Of a stretch of 32,000 nucleotides of DNA, positions 7,258 through 15,842 are shown one piece after another. The notes beneath the pieces were generated by a model that saw only the letters and a program-made list of their open reading frames with translations, was not told the origin of the DNA and searched no databases. Source of the stretch: Acaryochloris marina MBIC11017 (GTDB taxonomy: Bacteria > Cyanobacteriota > Cyanobacteriia > Thermosynechococcales > Thermosynechococcaceae); NCBI RefSeq assembly GCF_000018105.1, contig NC_009925.1:4620001-4652000 (forward strand). The letters are read 5' to 3'. Numbering within the stretch: position 1 is the stretch's first letter; each line of letters starts with the position of its first letter. The position numbers and the translations under genes are program-made.

Positions 7258-8928
7258 ATGGATAGCGCCAGCAAATCTGTACTGCTCCTACAGCCCCTAA
7301 AGTTCCAGGCTCAGGTATGGACAACCGCCCTACAATCCCAACAAATCGAAGTCATTGAAGAGCCTGTCGGCATCAGTTTCTCGCAACTCGCAGGTCAGCG
7401 CGATGCCATTGAACGGGCCAATATTGGACTGCTGCTAGTGGATCTAGGGGCTCAACACCTGAACGCCTTTGATATCTGTCGGTGGTATCACGACAATTAC
7501 CCCGACCTCAAGCTGATTCTGACCGCAGGATTACGAAAAAAGGTTCTATCCACGGAGCGACGCTTAGCCCTGGAACAAGGTGCGGAAGACTTATTCCCTG
7601 GATTTCAACAAGATAATATTTTACCTGCGGCTATTGGTCGGGTGAGGCGGATCCTGGAGATCTTGAGATATCACCCCTTAGAAGAACAAAATCTGATCGA
7701 TGATCTGATGGCCTTCTATCGCCACGGTGCCGTTCCCGCCCACAAATTACCGACCCCCACGGAAATGGCGTTTTCGACCTCTCGCCAGAGCTGCCCCATC
7801 GACTTCGAAGAAAACCCGCAAACTACTATCATCCTGCCAGAGCGGGCCTATTCGGTGCAGCGGTTGTCGAGTCCAGACGAGTCCTCCACGCCCGTTTCAC
7901 CCCCATCCGCCCCCAAACCCAAGCTCAGCAAGTTCTATCTCAAAGCGTCTTTAGTTGCCTTGCTCCTGCTGATTGCAGGCTTCTGGGGATGGTTGCGGTC
8001 GCCTCATCAATTCCAGATCAGCCCCATTCAGGGGGCTGCTAATTTGGCACTCACCCCTACGTTTTCAGAAGTCCCTGATGTTCCAGAAGGGCTGTATAAC
8101 TATGGCGGTAGCGCCACTTGGGCGTTGATCCGTCCTCGGGTCGAAGATGCGATCGCAGAGGTTTATCCCAACCTGCAGTTGCGCTATGTAGAAACCGTCC
8201 AGGGCACACCCGGCTCGGGTCAAGGCATCAAAATGCTCCTAGACGGCAAAATTGACTTTACCCAATCCACCCGCCCCCTCAAGGATGAAGAATATGAGAT
8301 CGCAACCCAAAGAGGGTTCAAAGTCACCCAGCATGCCATTGGCCTGGATGGTATCGCGGTCGTCGTTCATCCTTCCCTGAACGTACCAGGCCTAACCGTT
8401 GCCCAACTGCGACAAATCTATTTAGGCAATATCAATAACTGGAATCAGCTAGGGGGACCGGATCGAGATATTATTCCTTTTTCGCGCCAATCTGGGGATT
8501 CTGGCACCGCAGATTATTTCCAAGAATATGTGCTCCAAAATGAACCCTTTAGTTCAACCGTTGTTCCCATCTACTCCACCACAGATGCCCTGCGCCAACT
8601 CAATGGCGCTACTGGGGGAATTTATTATGCCTCTGCTGCAGAAGTGCTCTACCAATGTATTGGCAAACCCATTCCCTTAGGACTCAGTCAAGATAAACTC
8701 ATCCCTCCTCAACAAGGCAAGCCCACCCAGAATTGTCCCCCTACCCGGAATCAGCCGAATTTGGAGGCATTCCGCGATGGCAGCTACCCTATCACCCGAT
8801 CGCTTTACGTCATTGTCAAAGAAAATAAAGATCGGGAGCAGTTGATTGGGGAAGCCTATACGGACATGATGTTGAGCGAGCAGGGCCAGCAACTCATTGA
8901 AAAAGCAGGTTTTGTCAGAATCGAATAA
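7258..8928 (+). CDS. Degenerate receiver-like domain - TM helix - PstS-family (PBP_like_2) periplasmic binding domain, 556 aa
   Basis: The N-terminal ~140 aa has a CheY-like pattern (VLLLQP...LLLVDL...LILTAG...GAEDLFPG). QP replaces the acidic DD pair and there is no conserved Lys. TM is LVALLLLIAGFWGWL. The C-terminus has the PstS-like block GGSATWALIRP...GSGQGIKMLLDGKIDFTQSTRPLKDEE...IGLDGIAVVVHPSL...LTVAQLRQIYLGNINNWNQLGG. Confidence 0.75.
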   Translation: MDSASKSVLLLQPLKFQAQVWTTALQSQQIEVIEEPVGISFSQLAGQRDAIERANIGLLLVDLGAQHLNAFDICRWYHDNYPDLKLILTAGLRKKVLSTERRLALEQGAEDLFPGFQQDNILPAAIGRVRRILEILRYHPLEEQNLIDDLMAFYRHGAVPAHKLPTPTEMAFSTSRQSCPIDFEENPQTTIILPERAYSVQRLSSPDESSTPVSPPSAPKPKLSKFYLKASLVALLLLIAGFWGWLRSPHQFQISPIQGAANLALTPTFSEVPDVPEGLYNYGGSATWALIRPRVEDAIAEVYPNLQLRYVETVQGTPGSGQGIKMLLDGKIDFTQSTRPLKDEEYEIATQRGFKVTQHAIGLDGIAVVVHPSLNVPGLTVAQLRQIYLGNINNWNQLGGPDRDIIPFSRQSGDSGTADYFQEYVLQNEPFSSTVVPIYSTTDALRQLNGATGGIYYASAAEVLYQCIGKPIPLGLSQDKLIPPQQGKPTQNCPPTRNQPNLEAFRDGSYPITRSLYVIVKENKDREQLIGEAYTDMMLSEQGQQLIEKAGFVRIE

Positions 8929-8956
8929 CCTGCCGGGCCTTGAGCAACCGCAACGT

Positions 8957-9322
8957 TTAGATATCATCAACATCCCGGTGGACCGTCTCTGGTGAAAAGG
9001 CGGGTAAGCAAACTGCAATATACTCTGCACCATCCGGCGTGCCATACCGAATCCATTCCCCCGGTTCTGTAACGATAGCTTGCCCTGCCTGCACGTCCAA
9101 AACACCCCCCTCATACTCAACTCGCAATAGTCCTTGCAGGACAACGGTCATTTCTTGGAATTCGGGCTTTTGTCCAGGTTCTTGCCAGCCTGCAGGCGAT
9201 ACCATGCGGGCAACGCTGATATGGTCATGCTTGGAATTGACCCGTCCAAAAAATTCTTCAATCCGTTTGGGTTTATTCCCTGCAGCAGTGATAATCGTCG
9301 GCTGGGCAATCAAAGTGGGCAT
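8957..9322 (-). CDS. Cupin-domain protein, 121 aa (start moved to an internal ATG)
   Basis: The ATG at 9322 is preceded by AAGGAG and lies 12 nt after the upstream GNAT stop. Cupin-like beta pattern: WQEPGQKPEFQEMTVVLQGLLRVEYEGGVLDVQAGQAIVTEPGEWIRYG. The longer track ORF (to 9442) would overlap the GNAT gene. Confidence 0.7.
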   Translation of the reverse strand: MPTLIAQPTIITAAGNKPKRIEEFFGRVNSKHDHISVARMVSPAGWQEPGQKPEFQEMTVVLQGLLRVEYEGGVLDVQAGQAIVTEPGEWIRYGTPDGAEYIAVCLPAFSPETVHRDVDDI

Positions 9323-9333
9323 AACAGTCTCCT

Positions 9334-9753
9334 TTAGAGCTTGAGGGAAAAATGATAGCTGTTGATTTGCAGGCCCTCCCGCTGGTAAAACCGATGGGCG
9401 TCCACACGCTGCAAACCAGAATCTAAATGCAACTGAGCACAATCCTGCTGACGAGCATACTGAACAAGCCAGTCTAATAGTTGGTGTCCGTAATGTTGCG
9501 ATCGCATCTGGGCATCGGTGATCAAATCATCAACATACAAAAATCGTCCCCAAGATAGGCTTTCGCTAATTCGAAATCCAGCAACAGAACAGACACACTC
9601 TGAATTGGATGCATAGGCCAATTGGTACCTGGACTGCATCTGGCTTTGGACTTGAGTAACAAAGTCGTGGAGTGTTAGGTGCGCTCTTAACTGCACCATC
9701 ACTGGGTAACAGGCTCGAATCTGATCATCCGTTGTTGCAATCTGAATAGCCAC
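9334..9753 (-). CDS. GNAT-family N-acetyltransferase, 139 aa (GTG start)
   Basis: Acetyl-CoA-binding-type motif LYVDDLITDAQMRSQHYGHQLLDWLVQYA and C-terminal AHRFYQREGL. Confidence 0.75.
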   Translation of the reverse strand: MAIQIATTDDQIRACYPVMVQLRAHLTLHDFVTQVQSQMQSRYQLAYASNSECVCSVAGFRISESLSWGRFLYVDDLITDAQMRSQHYGHQLLDWLVQYARQQDCAQLHLDSGLQRVDAHRFYQREGLQINSYHFSLKL

Positions 9754-9860
9754 GGTTAATTTTTGACACTATCTACAGCATTCAGCAGGGTATCTATTTT
9801 CAAGATAGAACCAAACATTAGGTTCACAACCGGAGAAATTCGCCCATAGCTCAAGCGGCA

Positions 9861-10388
9861 CTAAACAACTTTTGCATAGACCACTTGATCGACAAACTGC
9901 CCCTCTTTGTACACCCCTTTACGGAAATATCCTTCTTGTTCAAACCCATTCTTTGCCAACGCTCGGATAGAACCGAGGTTGGTGCTAAACACCTTGGCAT
10001 AGATTCTGACTAAGTTGAGTTCTCCTAAGCCATAGTCACTAATCCCTGCAATCGCTGCTGTGGCGATACCTTGCCCCCAAAAAGGCTGACTAACCCAGTA
10101 ACTTAATACTCCGGAATAGCGACGAATATCATCATGGATTTGCAGACTTATGGAACCGATGGCTTCTTGGTCAGTGGCAATTGCCAAATACAGTCCATCA
10201 GCTCTGTGAAGAGCTTGAATAATCCATCGTTCTGCATCCTGGTGCGTACAGGGACAAGGGAACTCATCCCGCATGTTCCGCCAGATCTCTAGATTTTCAG
10301 CATATTTCTGAAATGATTCTGTATCTTGGATGGCCCACGGTCGTAATCTGAGTCCAGGTATTGGCAGGGGTAGAGACAAAGTGTTCAT
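9861..10388 (-). CDS. GNAT-family acetyltransferase, RimJ/RimL-like, about 175 aa
   Basis: LRLRPWAIQDTESFQKY..., WVSQPFWGQGIATAAIAGISDYG, N.GSIRALAKNGFEQEG. The ATG at 10388 is preferred over the TTG at 10394. Confidence 0.75.
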   Translation of the reverse strand: MNTLSLPLPIPGLRLRPWAIQDTESFQKYAENLEIWRNMRDEFPCPCTHQDAERWIIQALHRADGLYLAIATDQEAIGSISLQIHDDIRRYSGVLSYWVSQPFWGQGIATAAIAGISDYGLGELNLVRIYAKVFSTNLGSIRALAKNGFEQEGYFRKGVYKEGQFVDQVVYAKVV

Positions 10389-10409
10389 GACCAAGATGGG
10401 ATCAAGAAT

Positions 10410-10751
10410 TTAAGGGGTTGGACTAATCAAGGTCATCAGTGTCGCCGTTGACTCTGTTCTGGCACGGTTTTGTGTGCCAGCTTTAACCACCAAACAATCA
10501 TTTTGGACCAGGTTAAAACTGCCATTCTGCGTGTCAATGGCAACAGAGTCAGAGAGGACGACAAACATTTCATCTGTATCTGTGTGGGTGTGCCAATTTG
10601 CGATCGCACCTCGCATCACTCGAATTTCGACCTGATTGCCATTAAAGTTATCGACCCATTCGCTGGCCCAAGTGGACGTACCACCGGAAAGTTTTTGGAC
10701 AATCTCTAATAAATTAGCCAATATTTCACCCTCTCGTTGGCTTGGCATCAT
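10410..10751 (-). CDS. Small cupin-like protein, 113 aa
   Basis: The pattern WHTHTDTDEMFVVLSDSVAIDTQNGSFNLVQNDCLVVKAGTQ is a cupin motif-1/motif-2-like arrangement. Tandem ATG ATG start. Confidence 0.6.
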   Translation of the reverse strand: MMPSQREGEILANLLEIVQKLSGGTSTWASEWVDNFNGNQVEIRVMRGAIANWHTHTDTDEMFVVLSDSVAIDTQNGSFNLVQNDCLVVKAGTQNRARTESTATLMTLISPTP

Positions 10752-10963
10752 CTATGGCCACGATAACAATGATTTTTCCTTCATTGGCAACTTAAAAAAT
10801 GATTGAGCACTCCTACCCCTAATGTAGAGGTTGGGCCAATTTTGAATCGATGCTGATGGGAATGTTCGATAATTGAAGAGCGCTTGCCCATCAGCGGTCA
10901 ACCCAGCCCATCCAGGTTTAGTTATACCTAAGAAATTATGAGTATTCGAGTAAGCAAGCCCTG

Positions 10964-11623
10964 ATGTCTTTAATCGATCCAACACAAACCTCCATTTCAG
11001 ATCTGCGCCGTGATTATCGACAGCAGGCCCTTTTAGAAACAGAGGTCAATGCCAATCCCATCCTTCAATTTCAGTCTTGGTTTGAGCAAGCGGTCCAAGC
11101 AGAATTACCCGAACCAAATGCCATGACCTTAGCGACTGTCTCTGCAGACAGTCAGCCCTCTGCCCGCATGGTGTTATTGAAAGGGTTCGATCAGCAGGGA
11201 TTCATTTTTTATACCAATTATCTCAGTCGAAAAGGGCAAGATTTAGCCCAAAGACCTTGGGCTGCCTTAGTATTTTGGTGGGCAGAATTGGAACGTCAGG
11301 TCCGAATTGAAGGGAAAGTGGTGAAGGTCAGTGACTCAGAAACGAAGGCCTATTTTGAGAGTCGGCCTCGGGGCAGTCAACTTGGGGCATGGGCATCAGA
11401 CCAAAGCCAAGTGATTGGTGATCGCGATATTCTAGACCAGCGCCTGCAAGCACTGGAACAAAAATATCAGAATCAACCGATTCCCCGGCCTCCCCATTGG
11501 GGGGGCTATCGGGTCACCCCTCATCTGATCGAATTTTGGCAAGGGCGTACTAGCCGTCTCCATGACCGTCTCTGTTATCGATATTCGGATCAGGAGTGGA
11601 TCCTTGAGCGATTATCTCCCTAA
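10964..11623 (+). CDS. pdxH: Pyridoxamine 5'-phosphate oxidase
   Basis: DLRRDY, NAMTLATV...PSARMVLLKGFDQQGFIFYTNYLSRKG, ERQVRIEG, YFESRPRGSQLGAWAS.QS, RPPHWGGYRV.P..IEFWQGR.SRLHDR. Confidence 0.95.
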   Translation: MSLIDPTQTSISDLRRDYRQQALLETEVNANPILQFQSWFEQAVQAELPEPNAMTLATVSADSQPSARMVLLKGFDQQGFIFYTNYLSRKGQDLAQRPWAALVFWWAELERQVRIEGKVVKVSDSETKAYFESRPRGSQLGAWASDQSQVIGDRDILDQRLQALEQKYQNQPIPRPPHWGGYRVTPHLIEFWQGRTSRLHDRLCYRYSDQEWILERLSP

Positions 11624-11636
11624 AGTTGAATAGCCT

Positions 11637-12920
11637 ATGACACTCATCCAAGTTTGGGGATGCTTACTCATTTTCGTTCTATGTCCCTTATTGGGGGGCA
11701 TACCGGCATCAGAATGGTTGATTCAACGCCTGCCTGCGCGTTCAAGAATATCCTGGCGCTATGGAGCGACGTTCTTAGAGGTGGGGATAGAGGCCAGTAA
11801 AGGGATCGCCAGTGTTTGCTTAGCTCGATATTACTTTCCTCGCGATCCGACCTGGTGGCTCATTGCCCTTATTGCCTTGGTCTTTGGGCAGTTTTGGCTT
11901 CGGAAATCAAAACAACTACTAGGTATCGTTGCTGGGGGCATGGTGTATAGCTGGCAGATTGCATTTTTGCTGCTGCTCATCGGAGGCATCAGTATTACCC
12001 TGCTGCGAGAACGTCGCATTGGGCGATTGGGACTGTTGGTCTTATTCCCTCTACTGGTCGGTCTATACACCCAACAAAGCTCGCAGATTATGGCAGCTAT
12101 GGGCCTGAGTTTTGTAATAGCTTGGGTCGATGAGCAAGTGCCCCAGCCACCGGCTTCCATGGGGAGCAGCCCTAGTGAGTTAATGACCCTAGACCCAGCT
12201 AATGACGCCCATTTATTTGGTTTCTTTCAACGCGATCGCAACATTCGTACCCTAGACCATTCCCTCAAAGTTGACCAAGTTGGGCCGTTGGCAGTAGCCC
12301 TCAGCCAGCTCAAAGCCGATGGCTATAATATTCCCCCAGGTTGGGTGCTCCCCCCAGGCGACGATGCGGCTCCCCTTATTCAACTTCTCAACCCTAGTGC
12401 GGGCCAACCCCTCATGATTCGGTCTAGTGTCATTGGGGCTGATCCAGTTGGCCCTCCCCCCGAACCCGTTTTTCAAATCACCTCTCGTCGAGCTTTAGCT
12501 CAGGTCATTCGAGCTTGCCGCTCAGCCTATAGCGCGACGCATTCCTCGCCTCATTCTCAAGATCAGGGGGTTGCCGTTATGGTTCAAGTCCAAGTTAAGG
12601 GTCAATATAGTGGCTTAGTCAGGAGTCGAGACCTCCCTAATAGCGATCCTGACACCATGATCATTATCGGGGGTCCAGGTCCAACGCCGACTGAAGCCCT
12701 GATGCATCCTCAAATGCAACAGATTCGAGTGTCTGATTTAAAAGAAGCTCATTCCCAGGCTCTGCAACCACCTCAATCGCTTCCCTCAGAGTTAGTACAA
12801 AAGATAACTACGATGGCCCGATTCTTGGAGGCTCATTATCATGGCATTCCCCAACAAATTGAGTGGAGTGATGATGGAGATACCCTTTGGATATTAGCCG
12901 TGAGCGCCATCCAAGAATAA
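11637..12920 (+). CDS. Fusion protein: degenerate PlsY-like membrane domain + PEP/pyruvate-dikinase N-terminal (PPDK_N, ATP-grasp-like) domain, 427 aa
   Basis: The N-terminal ~170 aa has 5-6 TM helices collinear with PlsY (LLGGIPASEWLIQRL, YGATF, WWLIALIALVFGQFW), but the SGSGNxGATN and HxxP motifs are substituted. The C-terminus has VGPLAVALSQLKADGYNIPPGWVL, PLMIRSS, VAVMVQVQVKGQYSGLVRSRD and PQQIEWS..GDTLWIL, typical of PPDK_N. It starts 13 nt after pdxH. Confidence 0.6.
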   Translation: MTLIQVWGCLLIFVLCPLLGGIPASEWLIQRLPARSRISWRYGATFLEVGIEASKGIASVCLARYYFPRDPTWWLIALIALVFGQFWLRKSKQLLGIVAGGMVYSWQIAFLLLLIGGISITLLRERRIGRLGLLVLFPLLVGLYTQQSSQIMAAMGLSFVIAWVDEQVPQPPASMGSSPSELMTLDPANDAHLFGFFQRDRNIRTLDHSLKVDQVGPLAVALSQLKADGYNIPPGWVLPPGDDAAPLIQLLNPSAGQPLMIRSSVIGADPVGPPPEPVFQITSRRALAQVIRACRSAYSATHSSPHSQDQGVAVMVQVQVKGQYSGLVRSRDLPNSDPDTMIIIGGPGPTPTEALMHPQMQQIRVSDLKEAHSQALQPPQSLPSELVQKITTMARFLEAHYHGIPQQIEWSDDGDTLWILAVSAIQE

Positions 12921-12982
12921 TCTTGCCTACAATACAAAAGGTATAAATCCTGGCCCGCGTCGCAAGCACCCTATTGAACCTT

Positions 12983-13408
12983 ATGAACGAACATCAATCT
13001 GTTGAGCACCCTACTCGCGGGTTACTAGCCTTGCTCGTCGTCTGCATTGTGACTTCGATTTTGCACTATGCCGATAATGTTCTGTTCTTTGATCAATACC
13101 CTGAACCGACCTGGTTTAATCCTTCCCTAGTAGATTTTCTCTGGTTTGTGATGACCCCTATTGGTATCGCAGGCTATATCTGCTGGAAGCAAGAGCGTCG
13201 ATCCCTGGCATTAGGATTGCTATATCTCTATGTTGCCATGGGTCAGTTAACCCTAGGGCACTATGTCTATGCCCCCATCTGGGATCTAACCTGGAAAATG
13301 AATAGTCTAATTCTCTTGGAATCTTTGACCGCACTGATCTTTGGAGCCTATGTCGGCTGGTTACAAGTCCGCACAGCACCTACATTACCCCCCACCCATT
13401 CAAAATAA
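12983..13408 (+). CDS. Hypothetical integral membrane protein (about 4 TM), 141 aa
   Basis: ATG at 12983; the track ORF begins at a TTG at 12974. Four hydrophobic segments. No recognisable family. Confidence 0.5.
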   Translation: MNEHQSVEHPTRGLLALLVVCIVTSILHYADNVLFFDQYPEPTWFNPSLVDFLWFVMTPIGIAGYICWKQERRSLALGLLYLYVAMGQLTLGHYVYAPIWDLTWKMNSLILLESLTALIFGAYVGWLQVRTAPTLPPTHSK

Positions 13409-13451
13409 AGCTCGCACCCACCAAGATTTAGTCAACGGAGGCCAGGTATCT

Positions 13452-14633
13452 ATGCAGTATCGTCGATTTGGCAGGACAGAACTGCAAATACCTGTCTTTT
13501 CCTGTGGCGGAATGCGATATCAGCATTCTTGGAAGGATGAACCTGGCTGGAAAGTTCCCAAAGCAAGCCAAGACAACCTGGACGCCACGATTCGTCGATC
13601 GATTGAGCTAGGGATTAACCATATTGAAACAGCCAGAGGTTATGGCACTTCAGAACTGCAGCTGGGAAGAATCCTGCCTACTTTTCCTCGCCATCAGTTA
13701 ATCATTCAAACCAAGGTCGCTCCCAAAGAAAATGCCAAGGAATTTCGCAAGACGTTTGAGCAATCGTTGCGCAATCTAAACCTCGATTATGTCGACTTAC
13801 TGGGGATTCATGGCATTAATACCCCCGAACTACTGGAATTTACCCTTCGCCCGGGTGGATGTCTCGATATAGCTCGCCAACTTCAGGAACAAGGCAAAGT
13901 CAAGTTTGTGGGTTTCTCTACCCACGGTCCAACTGATTTGATTGTGGAAACCATTCAGACGGATCAGTTCGATTACGTCAATTTGCATTGGTATTACATC
14001 AACCAGTTCAATTGGCCCGCTATTGAAGCCGCAACCCACCATGATGTCGGGGTCTTTATTATCAGTCCGTCGGATAAGGGGGGCATGTTGTATAAACCTT
14101 CACCAAAGTTAGTGGAGCTATGCCAACCCCTCAGCCCCATGGTTTTTAACGATTTATTCTGCCTAAGTCACCCTCTAGTCCATACCCTCAGTTTGGGGGC
14201 CGCTCGACCCAGTGATTTTGATGAGCACCTGAAAACATTAGAGTTACTTGATCAAGCAGAGACTTTACTACCGTCGATTTTAGAGCGACTGCAAGCAGCA
14301 GCGATCGCAACCTTAGGCGAAGATTGGGTCAACACTTGGCATCAAGGCTTGCCAACCCATGAGCAAACTCCCGGCAATATCAATATCCCTATCATTCTGT
14401 GGTTACGCAATTTAGCCCTAGCCTATGACATGCAGGAATATGCCAAGATGCGCTACAACCTGCTAGGACAAGCCAGTCACTGGTTCCCCGGCCAAAAAGC
14501 CACCCATCTGTCTGATTTTGATTTGAGTGAGTGCTTACAGACTAGCCCTCATGCTGACAAGATACCTGCCCTCCTGTCACAAACACACTCACAGTTAGGT
14601 GGGCAGTCTATACAAAGATTATCTCAAAGCTAA
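13452..14633 (+). CDS. Aldo/keto reductase family oxidoreductase, 393 aa
   Basis: The ATG at 13452 is preceded by GGAGG. MQYRRFGRTELQIPVFSCGGMRY, INHIETARGYGTSE, YVDLLGIHGIN, KFVGFSTHG, FIISPSDKGG. The upstream extension in the track (from 13341) overlaps the previous gene and is rejected. Confidence 0.85.
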   Translation: MQYRRFGRTELQIPVFSCGGMRYQHSWKDEPGWKVPKASQDNLDATIRRSIELGINHIETARGYGTSELQLGRILPTFPRHQLIIQTKVAPKENAKEFRKTFEQSLRNLNLDYVDLLGIHGINTPELLEFTLRPGGCLDIARQLQEQGKVKFVGFSTHGPTDLIVETIQTDQFDYVNLHWYYINQFNWPAIEAATHHDVGVFIISPSDKGGMLYKPSPKLVELCQPLSPMVFNDLFCLSHPLVHTLSLGAARPSDFDEHLKTLELLDQAETLLPSILERLQAAAIATLGEDWVNTWHQGLPTHEQTPGNINIPIILWLRNLALAYDMQEYAKMRYNLLGQASHWFPGQKATHLSDFDLSECLQTSPHADKIPALLSQTHSQLGGQSIQRLSQS

Positions 14634-15381
14634 TTGAATGATGGTTTTCAGCTTCTTGTGACACAAGGGGAATGGCTTATTTCAAACCATTGCTTCTGCC
14701 TAAAGGTAGTAAAACGATGACGCCTGTCTTGCGCTAGTCACCCTTCTTGGTCCAATAGAGTGAAAGATAGAACGTTGAGAGGAAGAAGTAAATTTTTAAT
14801 CAAAATTGTTGTAAACTTAAACTTTCTTTGTAAAGAAGTTTTGTTTTTGTCTGCTAGAACATCAAAAAAATGACTTCTAATCATCTCATACTCGTTACTT
14901 AAAAATGAAAACCCTTAACTTTTTCTCTAGGTGAGTGAATAATTTGTGAAAAACCACTAGGGGTAAAAAAATCCAGACTACAGTTTCCTTGTGAATTAAA
15001 TTATTTATTGTTCAGAGCAAATCAGATGTTTGAAGTTGTACTTCATTAGATGTATGACTCAGCTGTTCTGTTCCACGGGATAATTTGAAACGCAAAAGAC
15101 GAACGACATGTTGTGTTGTAACGTTAGTTATTAAATTCAAGCTGCCGAATCTAAGTGGTTTAGGCAAGTTAATCTAACAGCAAAAAACGTAAGAAAAGCA
15201 CCGACAGGGGGATGTTCTTAGTGAACAGTTGGTGCTTTAAGGCATTGGATAAATTTCAGTGCAGTTTTTGTTGATTTTAATGCTAACTCTATTGCAAAAT
15301 CTGTTTGTTTGGACTTATCTCTTGGGCGAGCTTTCATCACCAAAGCCCATTGCTACTAAACACTTTCAGCGGTAACTACTC

Positions 15382-15777
15382 ATGAAATTCCAAAAAATCG
15401 CACCACTTGCGGTCCTAATCTCCCTTGGCGCTGCTGCATTACCTGCGGCAGCAGGTGAGTCCTATGTTGAAAATAGCTATAGACTCAAAAGTACTTTTAA
15501 CGGCCATTCCACAACGAATGTGAATGTCCATGAAACTTATAACGCCAATACTTGGGCTGATTCTTCCGCTGTTAAGACTGAGTGGGGATCCACAACTGTC
15601 ACTGAAGCCAAGGATGGGCGCACGTTCCACGAAACAGAATCCTTTGATATTGTCACAGAAAGTTCTGCCCGAGAAGATGGCCGGTTGTCCAGAACAGTTG
15701 ATGTGAGTACTACAGAAAGCTATGATTTTTCTGGCTTTGATAAGGATCACAGAGTCACCAGTGGTTTCTCGTTCTAA
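15382..15777 (+). CDS. Secreted protein A1 of a duplicated two-gene cassette, 131 aa, unknown family
   Basis: ATG start. Sec-type signal peptide MKFQKIAPLAVLISLGAAALPAAAG. The T/S/N/E-rich mature part has recurring (H/T)E(T/S)-aromatic motifs (VHETY, FHETESF, TTESYDF). The C-terminus is ESYDF...TSGFSF, ending in Phe. Confidence 0.65.
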   Translation: MKFQKIAPLAVLISLGAAALPAAAGESYVENSYRLKSTFNGHSTTNVNVHETYNANTWADSSAVKTEWGSTTVTEAKDGRTFHETESFDIVTESSAREDGRLSRTVDVSTTESYDFSGFDKDHRVTSGFSF

Positions 15778-15797
15778 CTGAATTTAGTTAGTTCCTT

Positions 15798-15828
15798 GGG
15801 GCAACACATCGTTGCCCCTCTGTTATTC
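15798..15828 (+). terminator. Intercistronic stem-loop (possible partial terminator/processing site) between A1 and B1
   Basis: Perfect 8-bp stem: GGGGCAAC (15798-15805) pairs with GTTGCCCC (15811-15818). The loop is ACATC, followed by TCTGTTATTC. AGGAG for B1 follows. Confidence 0.4.
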
Positions 15829-15842
15829 AGGAGAAAACACTC

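Noticed and set aside
8677-9442. 155-aa minus ORF (8677-9144), the 161-aa extended cupin ORF (to 9442), and + strand ORFs 9039-9344 and 9134-9337
   Set aside because: 8677-9144 overlaps the 3' end of the PstS-like gene and the cupin gene out of frame. The cupin extension overlaps the GNAT gene, whereas the internal ATG at 9322 has an AAGGAG. The + strand ORFs are shadows.
10752-10985. 77-aa minus-strand ORF abutting the cupin start codon
   Set aside because: It has a GTG/TTG start only and no motif. Its 5' end overlaps the first 22 nt of pdxH on the other strand. The region is more simply the divergent pdxH/cupin promoter region. I keep it only as a remote possibility because its stop (TAG) directly precedes the cupin ATG.
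13341-13451. N-terminal extension of the aldo/keto reductase ORF
   Set aside because: It overlaps the preceding membrane-protein gene. The conserved AKR N-terminus (MQYRRFG) begins at 13452 behind a GGAGG.
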